Positions 36,501-47,000 of a stretch of DNA of 56,260 bases are shown one piece after another. A program made the translations under genes and the position numbers. Origin of the DNA: an uncultured virus (IMG/VR IMGVR_UViG_3300006114_000006) (Duplodnaviria > Heunggongvirae > Uroviricota > Caudoviricetes); IMG/VR virus record IMGVR_UViG_3300006114_000006; one strand, 5' to 3'. Under the pieces are notes generated by a model. It was not told the DNA's origin, made no database searches, and was given only the letters and a program-made list of their open reading frames with translations. Positions within the stretch are counted from its first letter, which is position 1; each line of letters opens with the position of its first letter.

Positions 36501-37510
36501 AGGTTACTGTAAATCGATAGTAGTGTATTTTTGTCGTAGGTGTCTGAATCAATGCTGACAATTTGATTACTGACAATTTGATCAACACTTTCAAAACTTT
36601 GAATATCTATATTAGTGTTAATTTCGATTTCTTTCTTTTCAGCTATCAATGTAAGTTCTCTGATATTGTAGTCTGCAATGAATTTTTCTTTGATAAAACT
36701 TGCTTCTTCAAAACTAATATCAATGTCTAATGCAACACGAAGATGTTGTCTAGGCAGAATAATTTCATCGGCACGATCAATCAGTTCACTTAATTTAAGA
36801 GTTCGATATGTAGGTTGTCCAGGCCAGCTATGATATACAGGTTGTCCACCCCACTCCAATATCATCATACCACGTTCATCATCCCATGCATCCGAATAGT
36901 TGTGCGGGAACGCATTGCCAATATAAACCATGTTTTCATTTTGTTGACGTTTGTGGAAATGTCCACTAAACCCTAATTCAAAACCTTTAAATGCGTCAAC
37001 TTGTAGTTCTCCGTGATCCGGCATTTGCACCATGGCATTCATAAAAAATTTAGGAAGTTCAAAATGTCCAAAGCAATATTTGCCTGTACGTTTGTTTATG
37101 TTTTTCCATTCTTCTCCCACCAACCACGGATAAAGGGTGACATCTCCAATAGTAGTAGGCTCGTGTATGACAGTAACACCAGGAATGTATTTTCCAAATT
37201 CCACAGAGTGTATGTCTCGTTTGTCTTTGTAATACAAATCATGATTACCAGGAAAGAAATAGAAGTTGTTAAACGCCTGACCCAACTTTTCCAAGGCCCT
37301 AAGGCTATAATCCATTGTAGTAATGTTAAGGCTATTACGGTTATGGTGCCAATCACCCATAAAGATACCTGTATCACAACCTTCCTCCTTTGCTTTAGCG
37401 ATATACCAATCCACAAATTCCTCACAATCTTGATTGTGAATTGATGAATTACTTTTAAGACCAAAATGTATGTCAGTAAAAGCGGCAATCTTTTTAAACA
37501 TATTACTCAC
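36497..37510 (-). CDS. gp47: Recombination nuclease subunit, gp47/SbcD/Mre11-like
   Basis: Metallophosphoesterase motifs DIHFG, GDWHH, GNHD, GHFE, SGHFH; translationally coupled to gp46. Confidence 0.95.
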   Translation of the reverse strand: MSNMFKKIAAFTDIHFGLKSNSSIHNQDCEEFVDWYIAKAKEEGCDTGIFMGDWHHNRNSLNITTMDYSLRALEKLGQAFNNFYFFPGNHDLYYKDKRDIHSVEFGKYIPGVTVIHEPTTIGDVTLYPWLVGEEWKNINKRTGKYCFGHFELPKFFMNAMVQMPDHGELQVDAFKGFELGFSGHFHKRQQNENMVYIGNAFPHNYSDAWDDERGMMILEWGGQPVYHSWPGQPTYRTLKLSELIDRADEIILPRQHLRVALDIDISFEEASFIKEKFIADYNIRELTLIAEKKEIEINTNIDIQSFESVDQIVSNQIVSIDSDTYDKNTLLSIYSNL

Positions 37511-38351
37511 TAGCAGTATCCTCGTTGTGTCGTTTTAATGCGTTTGCATGTTCACCTGCGCCAGTACGGCTATAACTAGGATTCATTCCGTTGATTTCCA
37601 GTATGTCGTCACGGATATTTTGATTGCGTTTTTCTATATTAATAACACGAACAAAGCTATTAGTAACAGCCGCAGTAAAATACGCAAAAGGATTGTCTGA
37701 TTTCGATTCATCAAATTGTAGTCCTATCTGTGTAAGTTGCAAAATAGCCTGACCTTTCATTTCGTCATTATATGTGTACCCACGAACGTTACCCCGAGTA
37801 GCATAACGCTCACATAATTTTAACATCATACGAGCTAAGGTGTTAGTTATTTGGCCCGCATTTTTGTCAAAATGACCAGTCTTCAATCCACCTTTCCAAT
37901 GACTTTTACCAACACATATGAGTTCATCTTCGTCATTAAATTTCCAATGTTGGAAAGGAGGAAAATTAACCTTATCACGGTGATCTGCAAGACTCTTTGG
38001 ATTTTTCTTACGTGTATTGTTAAGTGGAATATGATCAAATGTCATGATCCTGAAGACTACATCTGTCTTTGGAATTTTTTTATAATCAATTTCGCAGTCG
38101 GCTTGTTTAATTTTTTCTCCGCCCTTTTTACGAGCGGCATAATCGGTGTCTCCAATACGTTTGGCACGATTACGTTTGGCTTCTGCAATAGTTCTAATAT
38201 TAATTTTATCTACGCTGGGCAGGATTATATCGTATTGATGATATTCTGGTTTGGAAAATACACAATAACTACTTTTTGATTTGTGTATTTCGGCCAACAT
38301 GTCTTTGTTGTTTAAGTAATTTACTTTGGGCGGGTTTGCTGGTATTGTCAT
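37503..38351 (-). CDS. gp55: Late-transcription sigma factor, gp55-like
   Basis: NYLNNKDMLAEI N-terminus; GYTYNDEM....I......QFDESKSDNPFAYFT....NSF.R.I..EK as in gp55; 55-47-46 order as in T4. Confidence 0.85.
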   Translation of the reverse strand: MTIPANPPKVNYLNNKDMLAEIHKSKSSYCVFSKPEYHQYDIILPSVDKINIRTIAEAKRNRAKRIGDTDYAARKKGGEKIKQADCEIDYKKIPKTDVVFRIMTFDHIPLNNTRKKNPKSLADHRDKVNFPPFQHWKFNDEDELICVGKSHWKGGLKTGHFDKNAGQITNTLARMMLKLCERYATRGNVRGYTYNDEMKGQAILQLTQIGLQFDESKSDNPFAYFTAAVTNSFVRVINIEKRNQNIRDDILEINGMNPSYSRTGAGEHANALKRHNEDTASE

Positions 38352-38374
38352 CCTTAAGAGTCCTCTAATGGTTA

Positions 38375-38403
38375 ATTATAAACTACGCACTTTATAAAGT
38401 CAA
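38375..38403 (-). promoter_or_regulatory. Host sigma70-type promoter for the gp55-gp47-gp46 operon
   Basis: TTGACT (38403-38398), 17-nt spacer, TATAAT (38380-38375) on the minus strand, followed by AGAGGA and the ATG at 38351. Confidence 0.8.
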
Positions 38404-38404
38404 C

Positions 38405-38410
38405 TAAATA
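38405..38410 (+). promoter_or_regulatory. Late promoter core TAAATA for the baseplate operon
   Basis: CTAAATA followed by AAGGA RBS and ATG 38434. Confidence 0.65.
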
Positions 38411-38433
38411 TTATACCAAAAAGGAATAATATT

Positions 38434-39423
38434 ATGGCCGTAACAGGAGCAACAGCACAGGTACAACAAGGCGCAAGTGCTAATTCGATTGGATCTGCTA
38501 TCAATAAAGCAGGTAAAATCACTGCATTGGCAGGAGCGGTGGGTAATGCCGCCAATTTATTAAGTTCTGTACGTTCGATAAGTTTACCAACTGCTGGTGA
38601 ATCAGTAGGCGATATATACGCCGCTTCGGCCGCTTTTACTGATTTGGAAGGCGCCCATGAATGGCGTGTTCGTTTAAGCATACCTACCTGGCCTAGTTTT
38701 AGAACCAGTGTAGTAATGAAACCATTAATCGATGCAGGCGGCATGATTTTTCCTTACACTCCAGACATTAATATAACTGCACAGGCAAAGTACACACCTT
38801 TGAATATTCCGCATACAAATTACAATTTCCATGCATATCAAAATAGTGATCCTGGACAAATTCAGATTACTGCTCCAATGTATGTTGAGGATCAAACACA
38901 AGGCTTGTACTGGATTGCAGCCATGCATTATTTAAGAAGTCTTACCAAAATGTTTAACGGAAATGATCCAAAGGCTGGCAATCCTCCACCGATTGTAAAT
39001 TTTAATGCGTATGGTCAGTATGTGTTTAACAATGTACCAGTTGCAGTTACATCATTTCAAACTCAGTTGGCAAAAGATTGTGATTATATCAGTGTACCAG
39101 TAGTCAACAGTGCCGCTAGTATAGCACAAGGTGCCGCAGATGCAGTCGGTGGAATAACAGATGCACTTGGTTCAATCTTTCCAGGAGCGGGAGATGTTAC
39201 TGCCGGAATAGGAAGTATTGCAGGCGGTGTTGGACAAGTGGCCGCCCTTGCAGGATTATTTGGAACTGGCGGGTCTATCCCAGGAGGATATACTCATGTT
39301 CCTGTAAAAAGTACATTTACAGTTACACTACAGCCAATGTATGCAAGAAATACAAGTCAAAGATTTAGCCTTGACAGATTTGTTGAAGGCGGATATCTAA
39401 ACACAACTCCGGGATACATTTAA
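38434..39423 (+). CDS. Baseplate/tail-tube initiator-like protein (329 aa)
   Basis: GMIFPYTPDI, HYLRSLTKMF, GNPPPIVNFNAYG.YVFNNVPVAVTSF resemble tube-like proteins of contractile tails; precedes the gp53-like gene. Confidence 0.6.
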   Translation: MAVTGATAQVQQGASANSIGSAINKAGKITALAGAVGNAANLLSSVRSISLPTAGESVGDIYAASAAFTDLEGAHEWRVRLSIPTWPSFRTSVVMKPLIDAGGMIFPYTPDINITAQAKYTPLNIPHTNYNFHAYQNSDPGQIQITAPMYVEDQTQGLYWIAAMHYLRSLTKMFNGNDPKAGNPPPIVNFNAYGQYVFNNVPVAVTSFQTQLAKDCDYISVPVVNSAASIAQGAADAVGGITDALGSIFPGAGDVTAGIGSIAGGVGQVAALAGLFGTGGSIPGGYTHVPVKSTFTVTLQPMYARNTSQRFSLDRFVEGGYLNTTPGYI

Positions 39424-39424
39424 A

Positions 39425-39727
39425 ATGCAAGCAGATTATTCTACAAGTAGTCCTTGGTACTTGACATCTATTACAAATAACTATCTAGACATTTTAAATA
39501 TCAGACCTGTCAGTGCAAATCCAGACGATTTTTTATATACTATTGAACCGCAATATACCTATAGACCAGACCTACTGGCATTTGACTTATACGGCGATGC
39601 TAATTTATGGTGGGTTTTCATTCAACGAAATTTAGATGTATTACAAGATCCTATTTTAGATTTTATTCCAGGAACACAAATATATATTTGTAAATTAAGC
39701 GAATTAACACAAGCATTGGGAATATAA
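39425..39727 (+). CDS. gp53: Baseplate wedge protein, gp53-like (LysM-like)
   Basis: YRPDLLAFDLYGDANLWWVF..RN. Confidence 0.85.
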   Translation: MQADYSTSSPWYLTSITNNYLDILNIRPVSANPDDFLYTIEPQYTYRPDLLAFDLYGDANLWWVFIQRNLDVLQDPILDFIPGTQIYICKLSELTQALGI

Positions 39728-39728
39728 T

Positions 39729-41927
39729 ATGGCTTCTGTATTATCTAATCTTGGATCTGCAATATCGGATGCCTTTACAAAATTTTCTTTGCCTAGACCA
39801 AATGTCTTGAGCAGTTATGCATCTTACGATTATGTGTTTGGTCTTTATTGTTTAGATCCTGCAAGTTATAATTTTCCAAATTCATCATACCTTGCAGGAC
39901 AACTACCGACTGCAATTTTAAAAAGTGCTGGTGCGAATCCTGACAACAGATTTATTATCGGCGGCACTAAATTTGAATTTTATATGACTGAACTTACAGT
40001 CAATAGTACAGTTTCATTCACACCTAAATTGACTAACACAAGCAATTTAACTTTAGAATTTAAAATAGTTGAGCCATACAGCATGTGCGGATTTCCTACA
40101 GCATTATCTGGTGCGGCAGGGCTAGCTGGGTATCAAAATTATAATGATGCTGTTTATTTGATTACTATTGATTTTAGGGGAAACACGGAAGGCGGAGCAA
40201 TTTCATCAATACCATCTACTTCAAAATATATTCCGTTTAAATTTACAAAAATTGATATGAAAATGACTCCCGCTGGCGCAACGTATGACTGTGCAGGCTA
40301 TGTTGCCAACGGAGAATCTTTAAAAGATGAATATCTTGCTCTTAAAACAAACGTAAATTTTTCAGGCCTTACTGTACAAGAAGCCTTGCAAAGCGGTGCT
40401 CATAGTTTGCAAGCTGCCTTGAACAAGTACTATGATAATTTAAAGAAAGACGGTGGTGCAGATCAACCCGAAAGAATTTATATAGTTTTTCCATCCACTT
40501 TGCAAACAGGTAAATCTGGATCACAAACTCCAAATGCTTCCAGCAAATACAATGTATCATCTGCCACAGTAAGTAAAATTACATCAGGTACAGATGCAAG
40601 TTTTTTAAAAAGTATAGGATTAAAAACAGCAGATCAGCAACAGGCAATTGCACAACAAGATACTAGTACTGTAAATAAAATTGGATCTTCAGAGTTTGAC
40701 GGTGAGACAATAAAAGCAGCCAATAAACCTTTTGCAAAATCGGTAGTAGATCCTAATACCGGAGAAGTAAACAAAGCATCTACGCAGGTTGTAGATCCAA
40801 AATCGATTGAATTTGAATTTCCACAAGGCACTAGCATTATTGATATGATTAATAAAGTGTTATTTGTTAGCAAATATGCGGTTAATAATCTTAAAAGTAG
40901 TGCAGTTGATGCCGACGGATTTAGAACATGGTGGCGAGTTGATACACAAGTTTATCATATAAATTCTGATGACAATATAAAATCAAAAGGAAGACTACCT
41001 AAGATTGTTGTATACAGAGTTTGCGAATACAAATCGCACGTTGCATGGAGTCTAGCAACTAACGTAGTTCCTCCTGGTCTAGATAGTCTTAGAAAAAAAG
41101 TAGCAAAAGTTTACAACTATATCTACACAGGATTAAACACGGAAATTTTAAATTTTAATATTGAAATTAAAAATGCATTCATTATGAGAATGGCTCCTGA
41201 TTTGTTTAAAAATACACAAAGTGAACTTTTACAAAATAGAAACGATTTTGCTAGTGAAGCAAATAAGGATGCTAAAAAAGATGAAGTTCAAGTCAACGAC
41301 AATGGTGCAAAAGTTAACAAGGGCAATGTAAATGCCGCTCAGACTTTGCGTTATACAGGAACTGAAACATCTTTAGGTAGGATAGGAGGTACATACGGAG
41401 CCGCTCAAACAGCACAAGCCGCGGCTTGGTACCATGATGTAATTAATACTCCTTACGACATGTCTAATGCTAACATAACAATTATGGGAGACCCTTACTA
41501 TATTTCTAATTCTGGAATGGGCAACTATACAGCAAACGTCAGTAGCCAGGTTAATATAACATCAGACGGAGATATGAATTATCAAGGAGGAGAAGTTTCT
41601 TTTATTGTTAATTTTAAATCACCTAACGATATAAATCAGTCAACTGGACTGTATGACTTCTCATCAAATAAGACAGCATATCAATGGCAAGGACTGTATA
41701 AATTAACTACAGTTAAGAGTACATTTAAAGACGGCAAATTTACACAAGTACTCAACGGTATTAGATTACCAAATCAGCCACCGCCAAATTCAGTAACTTC
41801 AAGTTCTGGCTTGAAACCTGGACAAGCTATTGGTACAGACAAACAATCTCCAGCTGCCGCTCAACCGGCACCCGGCACTCCCGAATACACAGCCGCATAT
41901 AATCGTGGCGATATACCGCAGGTTTAA
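39729..41927 (+). CDS. Probable baseplate hub protein (732 aa; gp27/GPD-like)
   Basis: Located between gp53 and gp5; FKIVEPYS, KVYNYIYTGLN, ITIMGDPYY, GLYKLTTVKSTFKDGKFTQVL (hub-type C-terminus). Confidence 0.65.
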   Translation: MASVLSNLGSAISDAFTKFSLPRPNVLSSYASYDYVFGLYCLDPASYNFPNSSYLAGQLPTAILKSAGANPDNRFIIGGTKFEFYMTELTVNSTVSFTPKLTNTSNLTLEFKIVEPYSMCGFPTALSGAAGLAGYQNYNDAVYLITIDFRGNTEGGAISSIPSTSKYIPFKFTKIDMKMTPAGATYDCAGYVANGESLKDEYLALKTNVNFSGLTVQEALQSGAHSLQAALNKYYDNLKKDGGADQPERIYIVFPSTLQTGKSGSQTPNASSKYNVSSATVSKITSGTDASFLKSIGLKTADQQQAIAQQDTSTVNKIGSSEFDGETIKAANKPFAKSVVDPNTGEVNKASTQVVDPKSIEFEFPQGTSIIDMINKVLFVSKYAVNNLKSSAVDADGFRTWWRVDTQVYHINSDDNIKSKGRLPKIVVYRVCEYKSHVAWSLATNVVPPGLDSLRKKVAKVYNYIYTGLNTEILNFNIEIKNAFIMRMAPDLFKNTQSELLQNRNDFASEANKDAKKDEVQVNDNGAKVNKGNVNAAQTLRYTGTETSLGRIGGTYGAAQTAQAAAWYHDVINTPYDMSNANITIMGDPYYISNSGMGNYTANVSSQVNITSDGDMNYQGGEVSFIVNFKSPNDINQSTGLYDFSSNKTAYQWQGLYKLTTVKSTFKDGKFTQVLNGIRLPNQPPPNSVTSSSGLKPGQAIGTDKQSPAAAQPAPGTPEYTAAYNRGDIPQV

Positions 41928-41929
41928 TA

Positions 41930-43558
41930 ATGACAGGTACCATATCCAGAATAGATACAGCTAAAGGTTCAGGCGGACAAAAAGCACCCGAAGTCCCTAG
42001 ACTAGCCATAGTAGAAGGTCATCTTGACAGCAAATTCATGGGAGGTCTTAAAGTACGAATCTTAAGAGAAGCAGGCGACTCTAGATTTGACAATCAATCA
42101 TTCCAAGTAAAAGCTATGTTTCCTTTTGCAGGGCAAACTAATGCTGACTTTGTTGGTAATAATAATGACTATGACGGAACACAAAAAAGTTACGGTATGT
42201 GGTTTGTACCACCGGATGTGGGGACACAAGTAGTTGTAATTTTTATCAATGGCGATCCATCTCGTGGATTTTGGATAGGATGTGTTCCTGATACCGAAAG
42301 TAACTTTATGGTTCCCGGAATGCCTTCAACAGAATTTACTGTTGAGCAAGGAACTACTCCAAGCGGACAACCATTAAGGGCTCCTACATCGGAATATAAT
42401 AAAGTAATTGCAAATACGGATACTGCTAATGCATCTAAACCAGCAACACAAATTCCTAAACCTACTCACAAATATTTTTCACAAATACTAACAAATCAAG
42501 GATTAAATCTTGACGATATCAGAGGAATTACAACTAGCGGTGCAAGGAGAGAAGCACCTAGTACTGTATTTGGAATTAGTACTCCTGGCCCAGTAGATAA
42601 AACACCAGGTGCTCCAACAGGCAAAGTTGGCTTGGATTCCCTTAATAATAATCCAATAGTCCAGCCAATCAGCAGACTTGGCGGAACAACATTTGTAATG
42701 GATGATGGCGATTCTGGATTTAGAAGAAAAAAGAACGCTAGCGAAGGTCCTCCTGATTATGCAAGTTTTCAAGCAGGCGATAAATCTGGAGATCCTACTC
42801 TACCTCACAACGAGATGGTTAGAATTCGTACACGTACCGGACATCAGATATTATTGCATAACAGTGAAGATTTAATTTACATTGGAAATGCCTCAGGTAC
42901 TAGTTGGATAGAAATGTCTAGCATGGGAAAAATTGATATATTTGCTTCGGACAGTGTCAGCATCCATACAAAAGCAGATATGAATTTTTATGCTGACCGA
43001 GATATTAATATGGAAGCTGGACGTAGTATTAATATGAAATCTACGACACAAACACAATTAGAATCAGGCGGCAACTTTAATTTTATTGTTAACGGAAATT
43101 ATAAAGTAAAAGTAACAGGCGATTATATTAATGTAGTTAAAGATTTTAATGTTAGTGCAAGTACATCAGTAAATTTAACTAGCGTTAATACAAATTTAAA
43201 CAGCAGTAACAATTTAATAATAACTGCATCAAGTGTCCTTGGTATAAACGGTGCAGGAGTTGCATCAAAGGCATTAACAACTGCTCCTAAACCTTTGCCA
43301 ACATTTAATAATATTTACGACACTAACGGTAGTCAAATAGTGAGTATTATGAAGCGTATTCCTAATCATGAACCTTGGCCTCAGCACGAAAATTTAGATC
43401 CAAAATCGATGGCAGCTTCGCAGACAGATATAACATCGACTTCGCCGATAACATTTAGTAATGGAAAAACTACAGCACCAGATTTTTATTTAAAGTACAC
43501 TACAGCAACAGACACGTTTAACTTTATTCCACCAAGTTCAAACCAATCTGCAAAGTAA
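41930..43558 (+). CDS. gp5: Baseplate central spike, gp5/VgrG-like
   Basis: OB-fold with SYGMWFVPPDVGTQVVVIFING...WIGC; RIRTRTGHQI; beta-helix repeats (DINMEAGRSINMKS); RIPNHEPWPQHEN. Confidence 0.85.
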   Translation: MTGTISRIDTAKGSGGQKAPEVPRLAIVEGHLDSKFMGGLKVRILREAGDSRFDNQSFQVKAMFPFAGQTNADFVGNNNDYDGTQKSYGMWFVPPDVGTQVVVIFINGDPSRGFWIGCVPDTESNFMVPGMPSTEFTVEQGTTPSGQPLRAPTSEYNKVIANTDTANASKPATQIPKPTHKYFSQILTNQGLNLDDIRGITTSGARREAPSTVFGISTPGPVDKTPGAPTGKVGLDSLNNNPIVQPISRLGGTTFVMDDGDSGFRRKKNASEGPPDYASFQAGDKSGDPTLPHNEMVRIRTRTGHQILLHNSEDLIYIGNASGTSWIEMSSMGKIDIFASDSVSIHTKADMNFYADRDINMEAGRSINMKSTTQTQLESGGNFNFIVNGNYKVKVTGDYINVVKDFNVSASTSVNLTSVNTNLNSSNNLIITASSVLGINGAGVASKALTTAPKPLPTFNNIYDTNGSQIVSIMKRIPNHEPWPQHENLDPKSMAASQTDITSTSPITFSNGKTTAPDFYLKYTTATDTFNFIPPSSNQSAK

Positions 43559-43570
43559 CGGAGACCTAAC

Positions 43571-44014
43571 ATGGCAAACAGTTTATACACAAAAACAAAT
43601 CTTACAACAAAATCGAACATTAATAACAAGCCAACTTCTCGTTTGTACAGAGGATTCAGCACAGTTAATACAAATAGTAAAAATTTTGCATTGTATGATT
43701 TTGAACTAATCAAACAAGACTTGCTAAACAGTTTTTATGTACGTCAGGGCGAAAGACTCATGAATCCAGCTTACGGTTGTATAATATGGGACTTGTTGTT
43801 TGAACCTTTGACAGAAAACATAAAGGAACTATTATTGCAGAATGTCAATGCAATCGTAAATGCAGATCCTAGGGTTCAGGCAACCAATGTAATCATATCT
43901 CAGTATGATACAGGACTACAAATTGAGTTTAGATTGACATATTCAGCGTACAATCTTAGTGAAAATCTGCAATTAAAATTCGATCAAAACAACGGTCTAG
44001 TATCAAATATCTAA
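43571..44014 (+). CDS. gp25: Baseplate wedge subunit, gp25-like
   Basis: LIKQDLLN.F..RQGERLMNPAYGCIIWDLLFEP, DPRV. Confidence 0.92.
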   Translation: MANSLYTKTNLTTKSNINNKPTSRLYRGFSTVNTNSKNFALYDFELIKQDLLNSFYVRQGERLMNPAYGCIIWDLLFEPLTENIKELLLQNVNAIVNADPRVQATNVIISQYDTGLQIEFRLTYSAYNLSENLQLKFDQNNGLVSNI

Positions 44015-44040
44015 TAAAATACGCATATAATTTTGTTCGA

Positions 44041-44046
44041 TAAATA
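44041..44046 (+). promoter_or_regulatory. Late promoter core TAAATA
   Basis: GATAAATA, then AGGA RBS and ATG 44065. Confidence 0.65.
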
Positions 44047-44064
44047 TTAATATTAGGATAAATC

Positions 44065-47000
44065 ATGAGTTCAACTACTAGACAAAATAATCTACTACTA
44101 GCAGAAGATTGGCAAAAGATATATCAAACTTTTAGCAATGCAAATTTCCAAAGCTACGATTTTGATAATCTACGCCGTACAATGATTGATTATATCCGTA
44201 CAAATTTTCCTGAAGATTTTAATGATTATATTGAATCTAGTGAGTATCTAGCTCTTATTGACCTGATTGCTTTTGTAGGACAAAGTATTGCATTTCGTGT
44301 AGATCTAAACGCTCGTGAAAATTTTATTGAAACGGCAGAACGTCGTAGTAGTCTTATCAACCTGGCACAACTTGTTAGTTATGTTCCTAGTAGATGTGTT
44401 AGTGCTAGCGGATTGTTAAAAGTTGCCACGGTTTCTACAACTGAAAATGTTTTAGATTCTAATTCAAGAGATTTGTCAGGACAAGTTATTGCATGGAACG
44501 ATCCTAGTAATACTAATTGGTATGATCAATTTATTAGAATTATCAACGCGGCACTTCCACAAAATCAACAATTTGGAAATCCATCCGATAGTGCAACAAT
44601 TTACAATATCCCAACAGCACAATATCGATTTAATGCTGTAGCCGCAAATCTTCCTGTGTATTCTTTTAGTTCTTCGGTAGCTGGCAGATCGATGGACTTT
44701 GATATTACTAGTACAACTTTTAATGCACAGACGTACATATACGAAGAAACTCCAAAAATTGGAAATCAAGTAGCATGTGTTTACACTGATGACGGGTACG
44801 GCGCCGGTAGTCCAGGCACAGGTTTTTTCTTTCGATTCACGCAAGGTACATTGAACAATGCAACATTTACAGTTACTACTCCAAGTACTAACATGCAAAT
44901 TAACATTGACACACCTAATATAAACAATACAGATGTTTGGTTATGGCAATTAGATTCTAACGGAAATGAAAGTGTTTTGTGGACAAAGATTCCAGCACTT
45001 ACCGGTAATAATATTATATACAACAGTTTGAATCAAAATGTGACAACAATTTATAGTGTTACAACACAAACTAACGATTCTATTATATTAAATTTTGCAG
45101 ACGGTATATTTGGTCAGATGCCTCTTGGTACTTTTAGAGTATACTACAGAATTAGTAACGGATTGTCTTACGTTATTAACTCGACGGATATTAATAACGT
45201 TTCAATTTCTGTTCCTTATATCTCTGCTAATAATGCACCAGAAGTTATAACATTGACATTATCTTTAAAAACGTCAGTAATTAATGCAACCACAACTGAA
45301 TCCAATGCAAGCATAAAACAAAATGCTCCTCAAACATACTACACACAAAATCGTATGATCACAGGAGAAGATTATAATATTAGTCCGTTGAGTGCAAGTT
45401 TACAAGTGGCAAAAGTTAAAGCTATTAATAGAACATCAAGCGGAATTAGTCGATATTTTGACCTGACAGACCCAACCGGAAAATATTCATCAACAAATTT
45501 ATTTGCTGATGATGGTATACTATATCAACAATTATTCAATACTGGAACAACATTTACCTATGTAACACAAACAGATATTCAAGGAGTTATTGATAATAAA
45601 ATTCTTCCAATATTAGAAGATCCTAACATTAGAAATTTCTTTTATAGCAATTTTATTAACTTTATTTCAAAGAGTGTTAGTGCTAATTGGTATTCTAAAA
45701 CTATTGATAACAACAGTTCTACTGGATATGTTGGTGCAATTGACCAAACGCCGTTAGCAGTTGGATACAATAATACATCAAATGCGTTACTGTATCTTGG
45801 AGTAGGGGCTTTGATTAAGTTTACAGCACCGACCGGATATTATTTTAATACCTTGCAAAAAAATATACTAACTGCTATACCTGCTTCGGGAGTTTTGCCA
45901 TCAGGGGGTATTACTTATTTGTGGGCGACAGTTGAATCTGTGTCAGGTGACGGAACAACCGCTACGCTGTCTAATGGTCAAGGTCCAATTACATTAAGTA
46001 AACCTGTAAGTACTTTGTTTAATAGTTTAGGAGCAATAACAGCCACTCCGTTACTAACACAAATTATTCCAGCATTTTCAACAGCATTAACCTCGAGCGT
46101 ACAAACACAAATAATTGATTTAATTTTTAATAATCAATCTTTTGGTTTGAGATATGACAGCCCAACCCAGACATGGCAAATTATATTTGAAAATAATCTT
46201 AATACTACAGGTTCTTTTAGTCTAACAAATCAAGGAGATGTTTCTAGTACACAATTAGATGCTAGCTGGTTTTTATTGTTTACAACAGATAATCAAACTT
46301 ATACAATTACACAGCGATCTTTAAGATATGTTTTTGAAAGTGATGCAGAAGTTTCATTTTACTTTGACGATAGTGTAAAAATTTACGATATAGTATCAAG
46401 TTCAACAATTTCAGATATCATTAAAGTACTAAGCATTAATACACAGCCATTATCGACATCTGCATTCACAACTGATTACTCATGGCAAGTTGTAAATGAA
46501 TATTTTGGACAAGACGGATACATTGATCCTAAAAAAGTTATAATTACTTTTGCAGATCCATTAAACAATGGTAGTGTTGACAACCCTCAGGGATTCATAG
46601 ATATTGTTGACCCTTCATTACCAACATCTTATATTGTACAGAAAAAGTATTCTATTTCTCAAGGACAAGAAGATTACAAATATGTCTATAATGATCCTGC
46701 GATTGGCGGAGCTGGACCAGTTACAATTTTAGCTTCACAAAGTTTGGCTTATCCGTTATCACAATGGACTGACGGACAGTATTTTTATTTTATAGATACA
46801 CAAATAGTAGTTCAGTATACCGTGGCAAGCGGAATATTAAATCCAACATTAGACTATAAAGTTTATGTCGGCCGCGACGGATTAAAATTTCAATATACTC
46901 ATAGTGCAGATTATAATTCAAGAATTGACCCAGGCGCAAGTAATATTATAGATGTTTATATCTTAACTAAGAGTTACGATACTGCATTTAGACAATGGGT

